Source: Chara braunii (lineage: Eukaryota; Plantae; Charophyceae). From it: a DNA stretch of 64,000 nt. The notes below the pieces were generated by a model, which did not search any database, was not told where the DNA came from, and saw nothing but the letters and a program-made list of their open reading frames with translations. The stretch spans positions 2,803,297 to 2,867,296 of the forward strand of contig BFEA01000035.1 in assembly GCA_003427395.1 (NCBI GenBank). Direction: 5' to 3'. Shown piece after piece: positions 25,683 through 38,500 of this stretch (position 1 is its first letter; the number at the start of each line of letters is the position of its first letter). The position numbers were made by a program, and so were the translations under genes.

Positions 25683-26739
25683 GCGGGATGAACACACACG
25701 TCCGAACCCCAATGGGAACATGAGCCGGAACAACGACTCCAACAAGACAGAAAGGGCCAACAGGCCCTGTATGGGATAGTCATCCATGATGACAACCGGT
25801 ACAGGGGACCCTCCGCCGGATCACCACAGTACTATCCCACTTACGGACTCAGTTCTTGATCCACGGTGAATGGAGTACTGTACTTTTTTTTTTTTCTTGA
25901 TTGTAGAAGGTGCTGCGTAGAACAAACAACAGATCAAACTAAAACAAGCTTACTGTTTGGATATGTATACTCCTTTTTTTTTTTTTGATATGCTGTCTGG
26001 CTCCCTGGATCAGACTTTTGGCAATGGGTTTCTGATGTCTTGCTTCTCTTGATATACTTTTTTTTTTTTTTGATACTAACTGGCTGGTTGTCTGATGCAG
26101 GTATGGAGTACAACGCAGAAGGTCAGATGCAGATGGTTCGCTTATCCAACCAGGCAGAAATACTTCGTTCCGTTTTTCTTTCTTTCAGGCTTAATTGGCC
26201 CTGTAGATACTCATCACCGTGCTTGAGCTGCTTGGTGTTTGCAATCTGACGTGGCAGATAGCCACTTCCCACATCGATCCTTAGTCCCTGATGACGATAC
26301 CCAGCCTGCCTATCGAGAGGGGTAGGAGAGAAATCTACTCCTACCTGCAGAACACTGGACCACCTAACCTAGTGTGACCAGACCCTGACACATCGCACTT
26401 GGACCATCCAGACTCTAGGACGATCCAGATCCAGACTTCGACTTCAGACCAGATCAGCAGCAGTCACATTCAGAAGGTCAGAGAGAGAGAGAAGGTAGGG
26501 GACACACACATGCATGCAGGTTCAGGGAAAGGAGGTGCTTCTCTCTTCTTGAAGATACCGCCGATGATGCTCCACGACGCTCCGCACGCTCCAGGTAAGT
26601 AACTCTCACCTCTTCTTCTTCGGCCTGCTTACCCCATTATCAAACACTTCTTCTCTTCCTCCCTCCTTCACTTATTATCCATCACCACTTCTTCTCGCCG
26701 GCCTTAATCATGCCAGCGCTATGAGTGCAGCGAGCATCT

Positions 26740-26751
26740 GCTCCGATACCA
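26740..26751 (-). promoter_or_regulatory. Primer-binding site for tRNA-iMet
   Basis: Minus strand TGGTATCGGAGC (consensus TGGTATCAGAGC), 5 nt from the 5' LTR. Confidence 0.9.
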
Positions 26752-26756
26752 AAATT

Positions 26757-27925
26757 TGCATGGGTCCTGGAGACCAACTCACGCCAGTGTGTACATGTCA
26801 TGCATTGTCCTTGCACACAACGATCAAAAGTCTCACACAATAGACAAAGGTAGATGAGAAGAGAACCAAGTTTCACCCCTTATATTAACAAAAATATGAT
26901 TACAAAGAGTTTCATAGTTCCCTGAGTCCAGCACTCAACAACGCAATGTCAATTCAACATCAACTCATCAATATGACTTCCAATACATCAGCGCTACTCC
27001 TGCAGATTGTCTCCAAGTCATCAATGTGGTTACTACTCATCAGCGCCACTTCTGCAGTTCAAATCCAACTCAGGTAAGTATCTTCCATAGCCACACCTTG
27101 AATGAACACTCTCTGCCTTGGTCCCTTCCTCCTACGATGCATACACACTCTTCTCTCGCAAGGATCTACTCTGAATGCTACTCATAGCTGTCTACTACTA
27201 ACTCTCTACTACAAGCACTAACTCGCTGGGCAACTATGGCTGCATCACTTCCAGCGCACAGGCTTCTTCCCTCACTCAGCGCATCTTCATCCTCCAGCGC
27301 TGCTCCTCCTGGCTTAGCGCACAAGTGCACCAGCACTTCCACGCATAAATGGTCAGTGGAGATCTGGCGAGGAATGAGGCTGGCTGTTGCCTTTATAGTG
27401 TTGGCCTCTCCTCGCTGGGTCTGCATTGGCTCAGTTTGCCTTTCCTTCATCCCAGACCCTGCATTGCATGTGTCCCAGTACAGTCCCAACGAAGTTCAAC
27501 TGTTGTTGAGGCCTCTCGGCCTAGATTTGGACTTGAAAGTCTGGATCTGGACTGTCCTCTTGACTTAGACCAGAACTGGGACTTTACCTATGGACTTACT
27601 TTCGAACAGGCAGATCTTTAGACGAACAGACACACTCACTGCCTGAACAGACACTCCCAAGGTGTGAATAGACACTCTTCTTTGCACGAACAGGTGCACT
27701 GACTGCACGCACAGACACACCCCATGCCGAACAGACATGAAGTGCACATCTCCTGGTGAACAGGTAAGTCTCTTGACAATGTCCTTGGCTTTAGATTTAG
27801 ATGTGCCTGTTGATAGAGAACTTGACCTTTGACCTGCTTTCACGTTTTGAGCCCTGGCGAGATACCCTTTCACATTGCTTTACTTTTACAAGGCCTGAGG
27901 CCTGCATCGGGTATAGATCCTTTTA
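26757..27925 (-). repeat. 5' LTR of the chromovirus
   Basis: Direct repeat of 18765-20029, adjacent to the PBS. Confidence 0.93.
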
Positions 27926-28073
27926 AAAACAATGCTTGGCCTCGCAAATCAAACAAGCAAACTCTCATAAACAAACACAATAACCAGACCATTCTGCTTA
28001 AAAACAATGTCTGGTCCTCTAGAAAACAAACAAGAAATATAACACTAAGTCATTCTGCTTAGAAACAATGTCC
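27926..28073 (+). repeat. Repeat-spacer array, right part
   Basis: AAACAATG completes the interrupted motif; further copies CCATTCTGCTTAAAAACAATGTCT (about 27989) and CATTCTGCTTAGAAACAATGTCC (28051). Confidence 0.8.
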
Positions 28074-30938
28074 AACTTGAACCTTGATCGACCTGATCAG
28101 ACATATGCAATACCACCTTCCGCTCACCTTTCCCCAATTCATTCCTTAGTTTGATTTCAATCACAAGACAATATTGAGATTCATGCACGCATTCCTTTCA
28201 CTTAGTCTGATTGGATTATGAAAAGAAAATAAATTGCAAGGGTCCACTCACACAGAGCATTCTGACTAGAGAGATGCATACATGAAAGATTAGTTGACAC
28301 ATACAGAGATAACACTTGTTACCTGACAGTTCTCTGCCTCCGGAACCTTGTCTAGGTTCCGACAGAGCTTCCCCGATCAGTGGGGCAACCTCCCACAAAG
28401 GCCTTGACACGGATTACAGGTTTTCAATCTCGCTTGCTACCCTCGTTTCATAACCAATGGACTAGAATGAGAGTAAGACAAGGAGAAGGAGAACCATTTA
28501 GTCGCTCAGATACAATGAGGGTGCACCAGACTTTCGTGAGAGAGCCTTGAAGCCTTGAATCGCCTGAGGGCTTGCAATGATGGTAAAGAAAGAAGTAGGA
28601 TGACCAAAACACAATCAGAACGTAGAAAAACAACACCTTGACTGATCTCCACGTCGCAGCGGTAACCCTCTTGCAAAGTTTAACCACTCCCCCAAGTCAA
28701 CGTGCCTCTACCTCTGATTAGATTGCAACTACCAACCTAGGAAGACCGCGTTAAAATATAGCACCCCCTTGTGCTCTATTCGATATGCGGGCATAATGTC
28801 GCAAAAAATCAGCAAAACAACAACATGTAGAACACTCGCACGTAGTAGTAATGCAAAATATCAATGTTGAGCAACAAGCTCCGCACGGTGCAGTGAAATA
28901 CAGCAACGCACAACGATGCACAGTGTAAACACAACAAAACTAACCAAGCACACAACGCCGCAAGTATGACTCTTATAGCAAGTAAACTCCCTGTCCCAAG
29001 ACCGACGCCAACGTCGAGGTTCAGGTGGGAGTTGACTATTCAACCAACACAATCTGTTGCATCCGCTCGCTCCATCGGTGGTGAATAACACTCACCAACT
29101 AATGAAAAACGTAGAAGTTAATCACGGTACTCATAGTTTCACAGGTCATGGTTCATTCAACCACGACAACACTCAAATGACCTTTCAATCATAGTAACAT
29201 AAAGTCGTGGCCATAGATCACCACAAGTGGCCCAACAGATAGGCATAAGGTAGTTGTAGCAACATTTTCTGGAGAACCTAGTTGCAACGACAGCTAAACA
29301 CACAACAATAACTATAGCAGAAGCACTAGCAACACTGCCGTTGTTGGAGGAAAAATAGCAGCACTCGGACCTGTTGATGATGACACAACTCCACGAGCCT
29401 CCGATCATGTATCTTCTGCCCATTGGATGAAGGGAGAGTCCTCAATCTTGCCACGCACGTAGATCAGTCCACCAACTAAGGGTCATGCACCAACACCTCA
29501 ATTTGTCAATCCTTGCTATGTCTGGTCCCGGCGAGCTCCCACTCGCAGCTCCATGTGGGCAACAAGGCCACAGTCTCGAGACAAAGTAACCAAAAATTGA
29601 ATGGGCTTGTTCTATACAAACGTGGTTATTGTGGAGCAATTTTTAATTCACGATCGTACCTGGAACAAATGCGGTCATCGGGGAGGAGGCTCCGAACTTA
29701 ATTCGGACCTAAAGTTGAGGCCACATGACCCCGAACACTCGAAAGATGAGCATGATCTCACAGATATCCAAGCTGCCAAGTGTCGGCAATGCCTTTTTTT
29801 TGTTGCAACAACCGTTTATCCTTTTATGGAAGGCTGCTGCGAAGCAACATGGCCACAATGATGATGAACATGTAACCCAACTTCGGTTTCCAACCACAAC
29901 GATTTGACAAAACAGCATCAGCCTCCGTTTTCGTTGCTAGCAATGCACCTGGCCACAAGCATGACCAACTTCGGATTGACACCACAAGAGTCATACTTCG
30001 GGGAAAAACAATCATAAAGATTACGATGGCTGGGAGGAGAGGACCATGACGAATCACGATGAGTAATATCGGGAGCAAAGACCATCCCGAGTCAACGTGT
30101 CGACAAGTATCATCTCAAGGAGCAGCAACAAAATCGCTAATAAGGCCTCGACGCCAAGAAGGTCGGGGTTCGAATGGTGGGCAACGCCTTGTGAAGATTG
30201 TGGCCTCAGCCACAACAAGCGTGATGAGGATCTGTATTGGGATTGAGCTCGCGTTTACCAGTAATTTGGCAAACACAATAATGAGTAACAAGGACTGGTG
30301 GAAAAATGAGCATTTTGATGATCAATATGGCGACTAACTAGTCGAAATCGACAAAACACAATCGGCAGCACCACCACCACGATCTACACAAATACCGCCA
30401 TGACCTACATATCCAATAATGAGTGCGCGGCTATGAGTCATGCTCCACTACTCATTAAATGTGCAAAATGAGAATGAAACCTATCATTAAAACAAAGAAA
30501 GATACGCCAACTTCCTACTCTCTATATCTGTGAGGCATCTGACGGGGATGTGCAACCAAGTTCGACCTGTTCCAGTCAAAATCATGAATGACCTTGCGCA
30601 GGAGATACAGCGTCAACAATCGTCCGCTGCCCTGCTACCTTTCTCTCCCTTCACGTTGTGTTTGAACGCACCTGGTCGCTAGGCCAAGTTCATTCAAAGT
30701 TTGCGAGATAACAAAACCCAATCACTTAAAAATATAGTGCAATCGAGATGCGCAATAATGATCGGAATGACAATCGTTCCACGGGGCAATGGTCGCAAAG
30801 AGTGAGAGTTAGCTGATAATGATGAATGTCGCGGTGATTGCAATTACGGTGTTTGCTCCCCTATACACCCAACGTGCAAAATGAGAATGAATCTGCCACT
30901 ACAACTCAAAAAGATACATCTCCCCCACAAGTGGTTAA

Positions 30939-31325
30939 CGGGGACCCTCACTTTTCGGCCCTGGGTAACGATGAATGATCCTGAAATTAGGGTTTCAGGG
31001 TCAAATTTTGTGTTTTTTTGGAATTTTTTTTTTGCCTGTTTTTGTTTTAGGACAAGCTTGCTGTGTGTTAAATTTGGTGTCATTTGGGTTATTAGAATTT
31101 GTATTGTTAATCATCCTGGAAATCCTGAAATTTTGATGAAGTTGTTTTTTGGCAAAATTGTCTGAAAATGCACTTTTGAGTTGCTGTTTTATGTGGGTTT
31201 TTTTTTTTTTTTTGGTATTGTTTTTATAATATGTTAGTAAGAAGTGCACTCTATAGATTGGTGTGAAGTTTGCTTGGGATGGCCTTATGGTTTTCTTATA
31301 AACTGAGGTGAAAAATGGGGCTCGG
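30939..31325. mobile_element. Putative TTAA-flanked MITE
   Basis: GGTTAACGGGGACCCTCACTTTTC versus reverse complement GGTTAACCGAGCCCCATTTTTC; AT-rich interior. Confidence 0.45.
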
Positions 31326-32946
31326 TTAACCTTTTCTCATCTCCTCCGTGAAGCTTCTCCTCTCACGCTCAACTCCCATACACCGTATTGTCGAAACCAC
31401 CCACTGACTCCAAAATTTGACTCTACCATCAGATTTGCCCAACGTCAGAACCCCCTAAAAGCATCTTTCGTTCCACCTCTTCCTCGTCGTCATCTTCTTC
31501 TTAGATCAGAAAAAACGGTCGAGAAATGACCGAGTAAATCAACTTTTGTTCCACCTCTTTATCATCCTCATCTTCTTTGACCTCTCTGCTGTCGGAGTAG
31601 AAACCCTTACAAGGGTATCTGCTCGAGTTGTTAGATGTCAAACGCTGTCTGACTTTTTCGTCAAATTGAGGGACTTGATGAGACTTACGTCTGCCAGAAG
31701 TTTATTCAGACTAACCTATGACCGAGAGACTATAACCTTTTTACCTTAGCCCGGATGCTTCTGATGTCTAAGAACAATGGCGATAATCGGCAGTGTGACC
31801 AATTGAATGTGGTCTTAGTAGGGTCGCGAAAGCTCACGGTCATGAGAATGCTAAAGCTAAGACCTATCCTACCTAGTATAATGACAACCGCGTGATTCAG
31901 GGCCTATGTGAATGATAGGGATAACCGCGTCGAGTGCGCAGCCACGGTATAGCAAGGGAGGGTACTCCTATGGGTGGACATAACCGGTAGGGCTGCAGAG
32001 TCAAAGGGTCGGGCAAGTAGTGGGTGTATGTTCTTATTAAAAAAAAAGCAACTCCTTCTACACGTGTAGAAGGAGCTACCCCAGTAGGTATGAGTACCAG
32101 CCTTACACCCAGCAGATGTTGGGATCAAGCCTGGCGATACTCAGTCTTGGCTAGCTCCTTTCTGGAGCTGCCTATCAGACATGGGCATGAGGCGCAACCA
32201 TTTTTAGCCGCGAGATCGTCAGATCTCACAGCCAAAAACGGTTGCGCGGATACAGCGTGACCCCCACTCAGAGGATGACACGCATAAATCTAGAAATTGT
32301 CAAAAAACTTTCGATGGGAATCGAACTCGGGTCTGCATGACGAAGAAGAAGGGAGGAACGCCAGCAAAGCGAGGAGTGACAACAGTGGACTGGCTTATGC
32401 CCACAACGTTTTTTTTTTTTTTTTTTTTTGATCCACGAGCTAAAACGCCAGATGGCGCTCGAAGAACACATAAACGACTTAATGTTCTAGAAAGCGAAGC
32501 AGGCACCCGTTGAAAACAAGCTGCCGTTTTTTTTTTTTTTTTTTAATGTCGTTTTTTTTTAGGTATGTTTAATTTTCTTTTAGATTCTTCAATTTAGATT
32601 TGTAGATTTTCTTTTAGATTTAGATTCCTTATCCTACGAGCTGCAGAAAAATGCCTATTCTTCGAGAACGAACAGACAAAGTTCACAACTGTGAATGGCC
32701 TCACAGTGCTTCTATAGATAGGACAAGTAAAATCGAATGAATCTACCTCTAGAACATAGAGGTATACACAGCCACGGTCTGCAACCCTCGTTGAAACGGG
32801 CTGCAGGGCTTTGTCCGACTATTTCGTCGGGCTTTCACCAACTCATCAGGAGGTTACAACTTCGACAGTCTGGGTGAAGGTGCGTGGACAGGTTGAGCAA
32901 AGTGGAACGAATTTGTCCCTAGAACAAGGACGTATATATTGTCGCG

Positions 32947-33042
<96 letters not shown>

Positions 33043-33629
33043 GAAATGGGAGGAAACACCTACTCACTTGCAGTTGGCCCCACGCAAGTTGCAACGATAG
33101 GATGAGCAACATCGAATGGATCTATTGCTAGAACATGGAAATATGCATGGCCACGACGCCCGCTCGTTTTAGTGGAAAAAAAGTTGCATCTGCAGGCAAA
33201 ACAAAATGAGGGTTTTTTTTGTTTTTTTTTTTCTTGCTTCTTAAATTATGTTTGCCCGTTCGTGATTGTTGAAAGCGCGAAAAACAGGGAAAGAAAGGAG
33301 CAACGCAGCTACCTCGTAGGGCTTGAAAGGAAATAACCTTTTCAGGCTGTGTCGGAGCACATTCAACTCACCACTCAAAAGACCACGAATGTTCGAGGTC
33401 GCGAGATCTAGAATCTCACGGCTCACGACGACATGTGAGAAGGAGGGACTGAGGGAGTTGGATGGAAGAGGTTGAAGAGAGAGAGAGGGTGAACGTGAGA
33501 GTTGGGTGGGAGAGGTCCTACTCCTTCCAACCTGACAACTGCCCTCCCCGTTTTTAGGGAAGGCAGAGTAAAAGGAGGGAGGGTTATTAAATGCAACTGC
33601 ATGAACCTGGCTAAGAGAAGGGCCAAGAG

Positions 33630-33667
33630 CTGTCTCTTATACACATCTAGATGTGTATAAGAGACAG
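33630..33667. other. Complete Nextera mate-pair junction adapter with artefactual flanking duplication of about 270 bp
   Basis: CTGTCTCTTATACACATCTAGATGTGTATAAGAGACAG; about 33359-33629 is repeated exactly at about 33668-33938. Confidence 0.98.
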
Positions 33668-36109
33668 ACATTCAACTCACCACTCAAAAGACCACGAATG
33701 TTCGAGGTCGCGAGATCTAGAATCTCACGGCTCACGACGACATGTGAGAAGGAGGGACTGAGGGAGTTGGATGGAAGAGGTTGAAGAGAGAGAGAGGGTG
33801 AACGTGAGAGTTGGGTGGGAGAGGTCCTACTCCTTCCAACCTGACAACTGCCCTCCCCGTTTTTAGGGAAGGCAGAGTAAAAGGAGGGAGGGTTATTAAA
33901 TGCAACTGCATGAACCTGGCTAAGAGAAGGGCCAAGAGCGTGCAATTAGGTTTAGTTATTTTTCTTTTTCTTTTATTTGTTTTTTTTGTTTTGTTTGATG
34001 CATTCTCGTGAGGACACTTGTTAGGGTAACTGTCAGGCTCCCGTTTTTAGAGGGAGCCTGGAATTTGAGGGGTCATAGAGAAAAAGGATAAGTGCAGTCT
34101 TTCCCCAGATTTATCTGCCCAGGGAAAGAGGTCCAGATACACCAAACTGAAAGAGATTGTATCTGTCCAACCCCTTATCAGAAAAAAAAAAAGAAAAACA
34201 CTTTTGAAAATGTGAAAAGCTCAGCTACCTCGTGAAATTCCGAGATTTTGAAAATGTGAAAAGCTCAGCTACCTCGTGAAATTCCGAGATAGCTGAGACA
34301 AATAAAAGAAAAATGAAAATAGGGCAGTTAAAGAAATTGCCCCTACTAAGGTTGTGGCTGTCATGCGGCCACAATTAGCCTTTGATCTTGGCCAAATCAA
34401 GGGCTCACTCTGAGCCAACGATTTTGCCTGGGGGCTGGAGTGACGTCCAACCCTCCTCAGCCACTATAAAACAGGCAGCTGTCCCCAACTGCCACACAGA
34501 AAGCACTTGTGCTGCCACTATGTCACAAGCACACTTGAGTGTTGCTGGGCTGTTGGAGGCAACGTGGGAGGAGACTGGAGGTCTGCAGTGGAGCACGAGA
34601 GGAGGAGCAGGGCAGCCATAGGCGAGGTAGGGAGCACTCTGCTCCACTTCCCTTTGGCTGGTGTTGGTCCAGTGGAGCGGCACTCGAGACTCTGCGGGAC
34701 CAAATTAATTTGACGTTGGTTTTTCAGCGGCAACGCTGGGACATCAGGACTTCACTGGTGGTCGTACCAGCGGGCAGACGTCCGCAGACTGTTTCCCCAC
34801 TTCTAAGGGGAAATGCTGCCGAAATTTTTCGGCGTGAACGACAACCACTTTTGCAGCGTTAGACTGTCGAAATCGGGGTTCGTCAGGCAGGCACTAAGTG
34901 GAGGGAGAGTAGTAGATATTTTTTGTGCGACGAGGGTTTTGTCAGTAAAGGGGGAAATTGCAACGTGACTGTTGCAGCGGTACGGTAGACGGTACTAGAG
35001 GTATCGACGATAGTCTATCAATTGGACCGGGTTTGTCAAGGTGGAAAGTCATGTCGTTTTTTTTGCATGTGCTGGTTGGCGGTAGTGAGGCCATTGGCAT
35101 TGGCCAAGTGGGATTTCTTGGACAGGCGAGGCATGCGAGTAGGACGGACGGTGCCAGCAGAATCGACACTCGCAGGCTTTATTTTTCTTTGTGAGGCTTG
35201 GTAGAAGTGGTTTTGGCGGGCGTGGTCATCAGGTGCTGGAAGGAATAGTGCGGGACCACCTACGACTAGCTGGGACCAGTTGGCACTAACGTGGGACTAG
35301 TGAATTTTATTTTTTTGGAATGTGTGCGGCTCGTCGTTTTCACACTTAGGGTTACCGCGTGTGAGATTTGTGAATCGGAAACAGATTGGAACAAGCGGTT
35401 GGCCTGAGACCTGCCTTGGGTCTGCGGTTTGCTTCGATGAAGAGTTGATTGGAACAAGCGGTTGGCCTGAGACCTGCCTTGGGTCTGCAGTTTGCTTCGA
35501 TGAAGAGTATATTTTTACTTGGCTTTCTTGAGTGAGCCAGGGCGCGTTCGCAGCATATCACTCAAGGTCTATTGATTGACTCATATTCCTTTTCACACCC
35601 GTGTGAACCCACACTTTGCTCGACCCTGTTTGTTTTGAATGATCAGAAGAAAAGGTTGAGTAAGACGTGTGTGGTCATACATGTGAAAAATGGGATCTGA
35701 CGATAGTATGGGTTGCTGGATTTTCTAGACCTATGGTTATTTTTTAGTATGCACGTAGATAGAAGAATGTTTGCAAAGGAGGTTGATTGTGCCTACATGG
35801 GATGATGAAAAAGATTGTCTTCTTTCTACCTACCACCTGTTTGCGTGACAAAAAAACTTGTGTTTTGGAAATGGTTAATTTTGTGCGAATCGTAAAACAA
35901 ATTTCATTGAAAGAAAGCAGATAAAGTCAGACGGACTTAATTTTTTTCCCGAGGATTGAGCTTTTTTATCCCGAATGACCTTATCTACCTATACATGTCC
36001 AAATGATTCTCATCCTCTATCACCTTTGACTTTTTTTCGTCTAAGTTACCTTGAGCGTAAGAAGAAATGAACTAATATATATATATATATGACGATATAT
36101 ATATATGTA

Positions 36110-36871
36110 CAAGGTAACCGGCGTTCGGGACGGGCCGAAAGCCCGAACCCGAACGCCCGAACGTATGGGACCCCATGGGGATGTGTTCGGACGTTCGGGC
36201 CGAACGCGGACCCAAAAAAAAAAAAAAAAAAAAAAAAAAAACATGTCATCAAAAACATCTGAAAAACGATATGTTATGAAGAAAAATAAACTAAACAAGA
36301 TTTGCCTGAGCATTACATCCAAATTCCTTGCCAAATTTGAAAAAAAAATAAATTATGAAAAAAAAATACTAATAAAAAAAAAAAATAATAATAATAATAA
36401 TAAATTTAGTGAGTTCGCGAGCACGTTTTCGACACCGCCATCTTTGGCGATTTTTTATTTTTTTTTGGAATAGCTAAATGCCCTAAATATTTAGATGTGT
36501 GTACTTCACATAATGCAAAACAAACTAAAAAAGTTTCAAAAAACAATAATTTTTTTTAGACCCCGAACTAAAGTGAAAACAAAAAGTAAAAAGTGAAAAA
36601 AAACGTGGGCAAGCACGTTTTGACACCGCCATCTTTGGCGATTTTTAATTCTGATTTGGCTGAGCCAAATGACTTGAAAATTTACATACGTGTACCTCAC
36701 GTCATAGAGAAGTCACAAAAAACAATTTAGAAAAAAAAAAGTATTTTTAGGCCCCGAAATAATTTTTGGCGGGGGTCGAATGTCGTCGGGTTCGGACCCC
36801 GTACGGGACCCCGAACGCCCGTACGTACGGAGGTCTGCGCAGGGACCTCCGTACGTATGGGCTGGTAACCC

Positions 36872-36873
<2 letters not shown>
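36110..36873. mobile_element. hAT-type MITE inserted in a (TA)n tract of the 5' LTR
   Basis: TIR CAAGGTAACCGGC / GCTGGTAACCCTG; CCGAAC subterminal motifs; the empty site is visible in the 3' LTR (TA tract 46231-46265). Confidence 0.85.
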
Positions 36874-36907
<34 letters not shown>

Positions 36908-38034
36908 CTTGAGGTGAAAAAGTTATCTCTTTCAAAGAAGCATCTGAGGTGGGGGTTCGTTGCTTTAGGAGTCGACCCTGTTATCGACCAAGAGTGGACC
37001 GTTCTACGGGGGGATACTTTGTCGATTCGGTGGAGACGGCCCCGACTTCTGAAATCCGAGTCGTGTGCTCGGACGAGGAGGAGAAGTACCTCAGACCACT
37101 TCCAAGAGGGAGAGGCATGCAACATTTCAAGCAATGCACCTGATCAAGAATCATCCGCAAAGCAGTCTGTCATCCAAAAAGATTGGAAATGTATGAGTGT
37201 GTGCGTGCCTAATCTTCGGTCGACAATAGGATGGAATGAATGACTTTGGCAGTGCATCTCATCAAGTCAAAACTTGGGCAGTACAACTACCTTGTCGGTT
37301 GCATCTATGTTATTATCGAAAGTCAACTCCTCGTTGGCGGCTGTATGATTTTTGTGCAGTTCGACTTGGGGTGGTTGAATTTTATTTTGATCTTGTGTGT
37401 TTGGATGTACTTTATGATGATTCAAATTTTTTCGATTATTATTTCATATGGGATATACATTCCTATTGACTATGGTCGCTTTCCTTTTTGATATAATTAT
37501 GTGTGGTTGTTATAACTTTCTTTTGACCAGTGTTTAAAAGGACAAGGGGGTTTCGCGCTTGGTTAAGACCGTCCTTGTCGACCGGCGTACGATTTGTACT
37601 TAGGATATCAACGCCCTAAGGAATAGACGACGCCCTAATTCAATAGGCGTTTTAACTGCGCATACCTATACTACAGCGAGCGAGCAAACACCCTCGACCG
37701 ACCCACCTCTGCAATTGCATTTAAAAGTTTTTGCATGTGGGTCAGTTGCTCGGTAGGGATATGCCCCTAAGGGTGGTGACAACCCCTTAGGGAAACAAGT
37801 TGTGCCCTGCGGGAACCTATCCGGTCGTAGGGGACCATGGGAAGTACAGTTGGCGCATCCGGCTAGAGCGGCAAAGGGACGACGCGACTGGGGTCGTCTC
37901 GGCGGTTCGTGGGAATATTTATGCGTCGTTTCGAAGTTGTGTCTGTATTATTTTTGTTCAAACTTGTGCGTGACACGGTTGGGAGGGCTCTCGCCTCTTC
38001 GCGAGAAAATGCAGGGCCTGATGAGCTCAACAGT

Positions 38035-38051
38035 TGACGCCGTTGTCGGGG
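38035..38051 (+). promoter_or_regulatory. Degenerate PBS of the tRNA-Asp (Athila-like) type
   Basis: TGACGCCGTTGTCGGGG versus TGGCGCCGTTGCCGGGG, 2 nt after the LTR-terminal CA. Confidence 0.75.
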
Positions 38052-38289
38052 GTAACGACAAACTACTGTTTTCCCTGGTGGAACGACACTCGGATGATTT
38101 AGTTTTAATGGTTTGTATTGGATTATAAATATTTGTTTATATAATATATAAATGGAGTTTGAAATTCCTTAACAATTTTATAGTATTGAGATTTCTAAAG
38201 GTTTACGTGAGTTTTATCCTCAAAAAATTATTAATAACTGAATTGTTCGATTATTAATATAAATTTATGCCTTTTGCAGGGCGACACGA

Positions 38290-38500
38290 TGACCAAAGGA
38301 GCTCTTGCTCACATGTTTCCTCTCTTCAAAGGTAGCAGGGTTGTTGAGTTTTTGCAAACATTTCAAAACTTAGCAATGTTAATGCTTTGGGTGGAGCCCT
38401 TTTTTGTTTTTAATTTTGTTGCCGAAGGGTTGAATTCCGATGTTTCACTTCTTTTAAGAGGCCTGAAACTTGGAGCGAGTCTGAAAAACTGATGGCTACA
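38290..38500 (+). pseudogene. Possible gag N-terminal remnant
   Basis: FPLFKGSRVVEFLQTFQNLAMLMLW fits the gag-like pattern P.F.G..V..FL..F...A....W. Confidence 0.4.

Larger units (their letters stand above)
18765..27925 (-). mobile_element. Full-length decayed Ty3/Gypsy LTR retrotransposon (chromovirus)
   Basis: Paired LTRs, PBS, domain order gag-PR-RT-RH-IN-chromodomain, flanks GAAAC/AAAAC as TSD. Confidence 0.96.
31590..38032 (+). repeat. 5' LTR (includes a MITE, small tandem duplications and an adapter artefact)
   Basis: Colinear with 40445-47206 along its length. Confidence 0.85.

Noticed and set aside
26289-26320. Hammerhead-like CTGATGA followed by a stem in the retrotransposon leader (also CTGATGAG at 38018)
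   Set aside because: No GAAA after stem II and no convincing stems I and III
18145-28073. True CRISPR array
   Set aside because: Eukaryotic context, degenerate repeats, highly variable spacer length and no cas genes; kept only as an unexplained repeat-spacer array
28448-28687. Possible LINE remnants (also about 48600-49450, 54780-55100, 61560-62400) and a decayed zinc knuckle near 59050
   Set aside because: Only compositional resemblance; no RT or endonuclease motif identifiable without an HMM search
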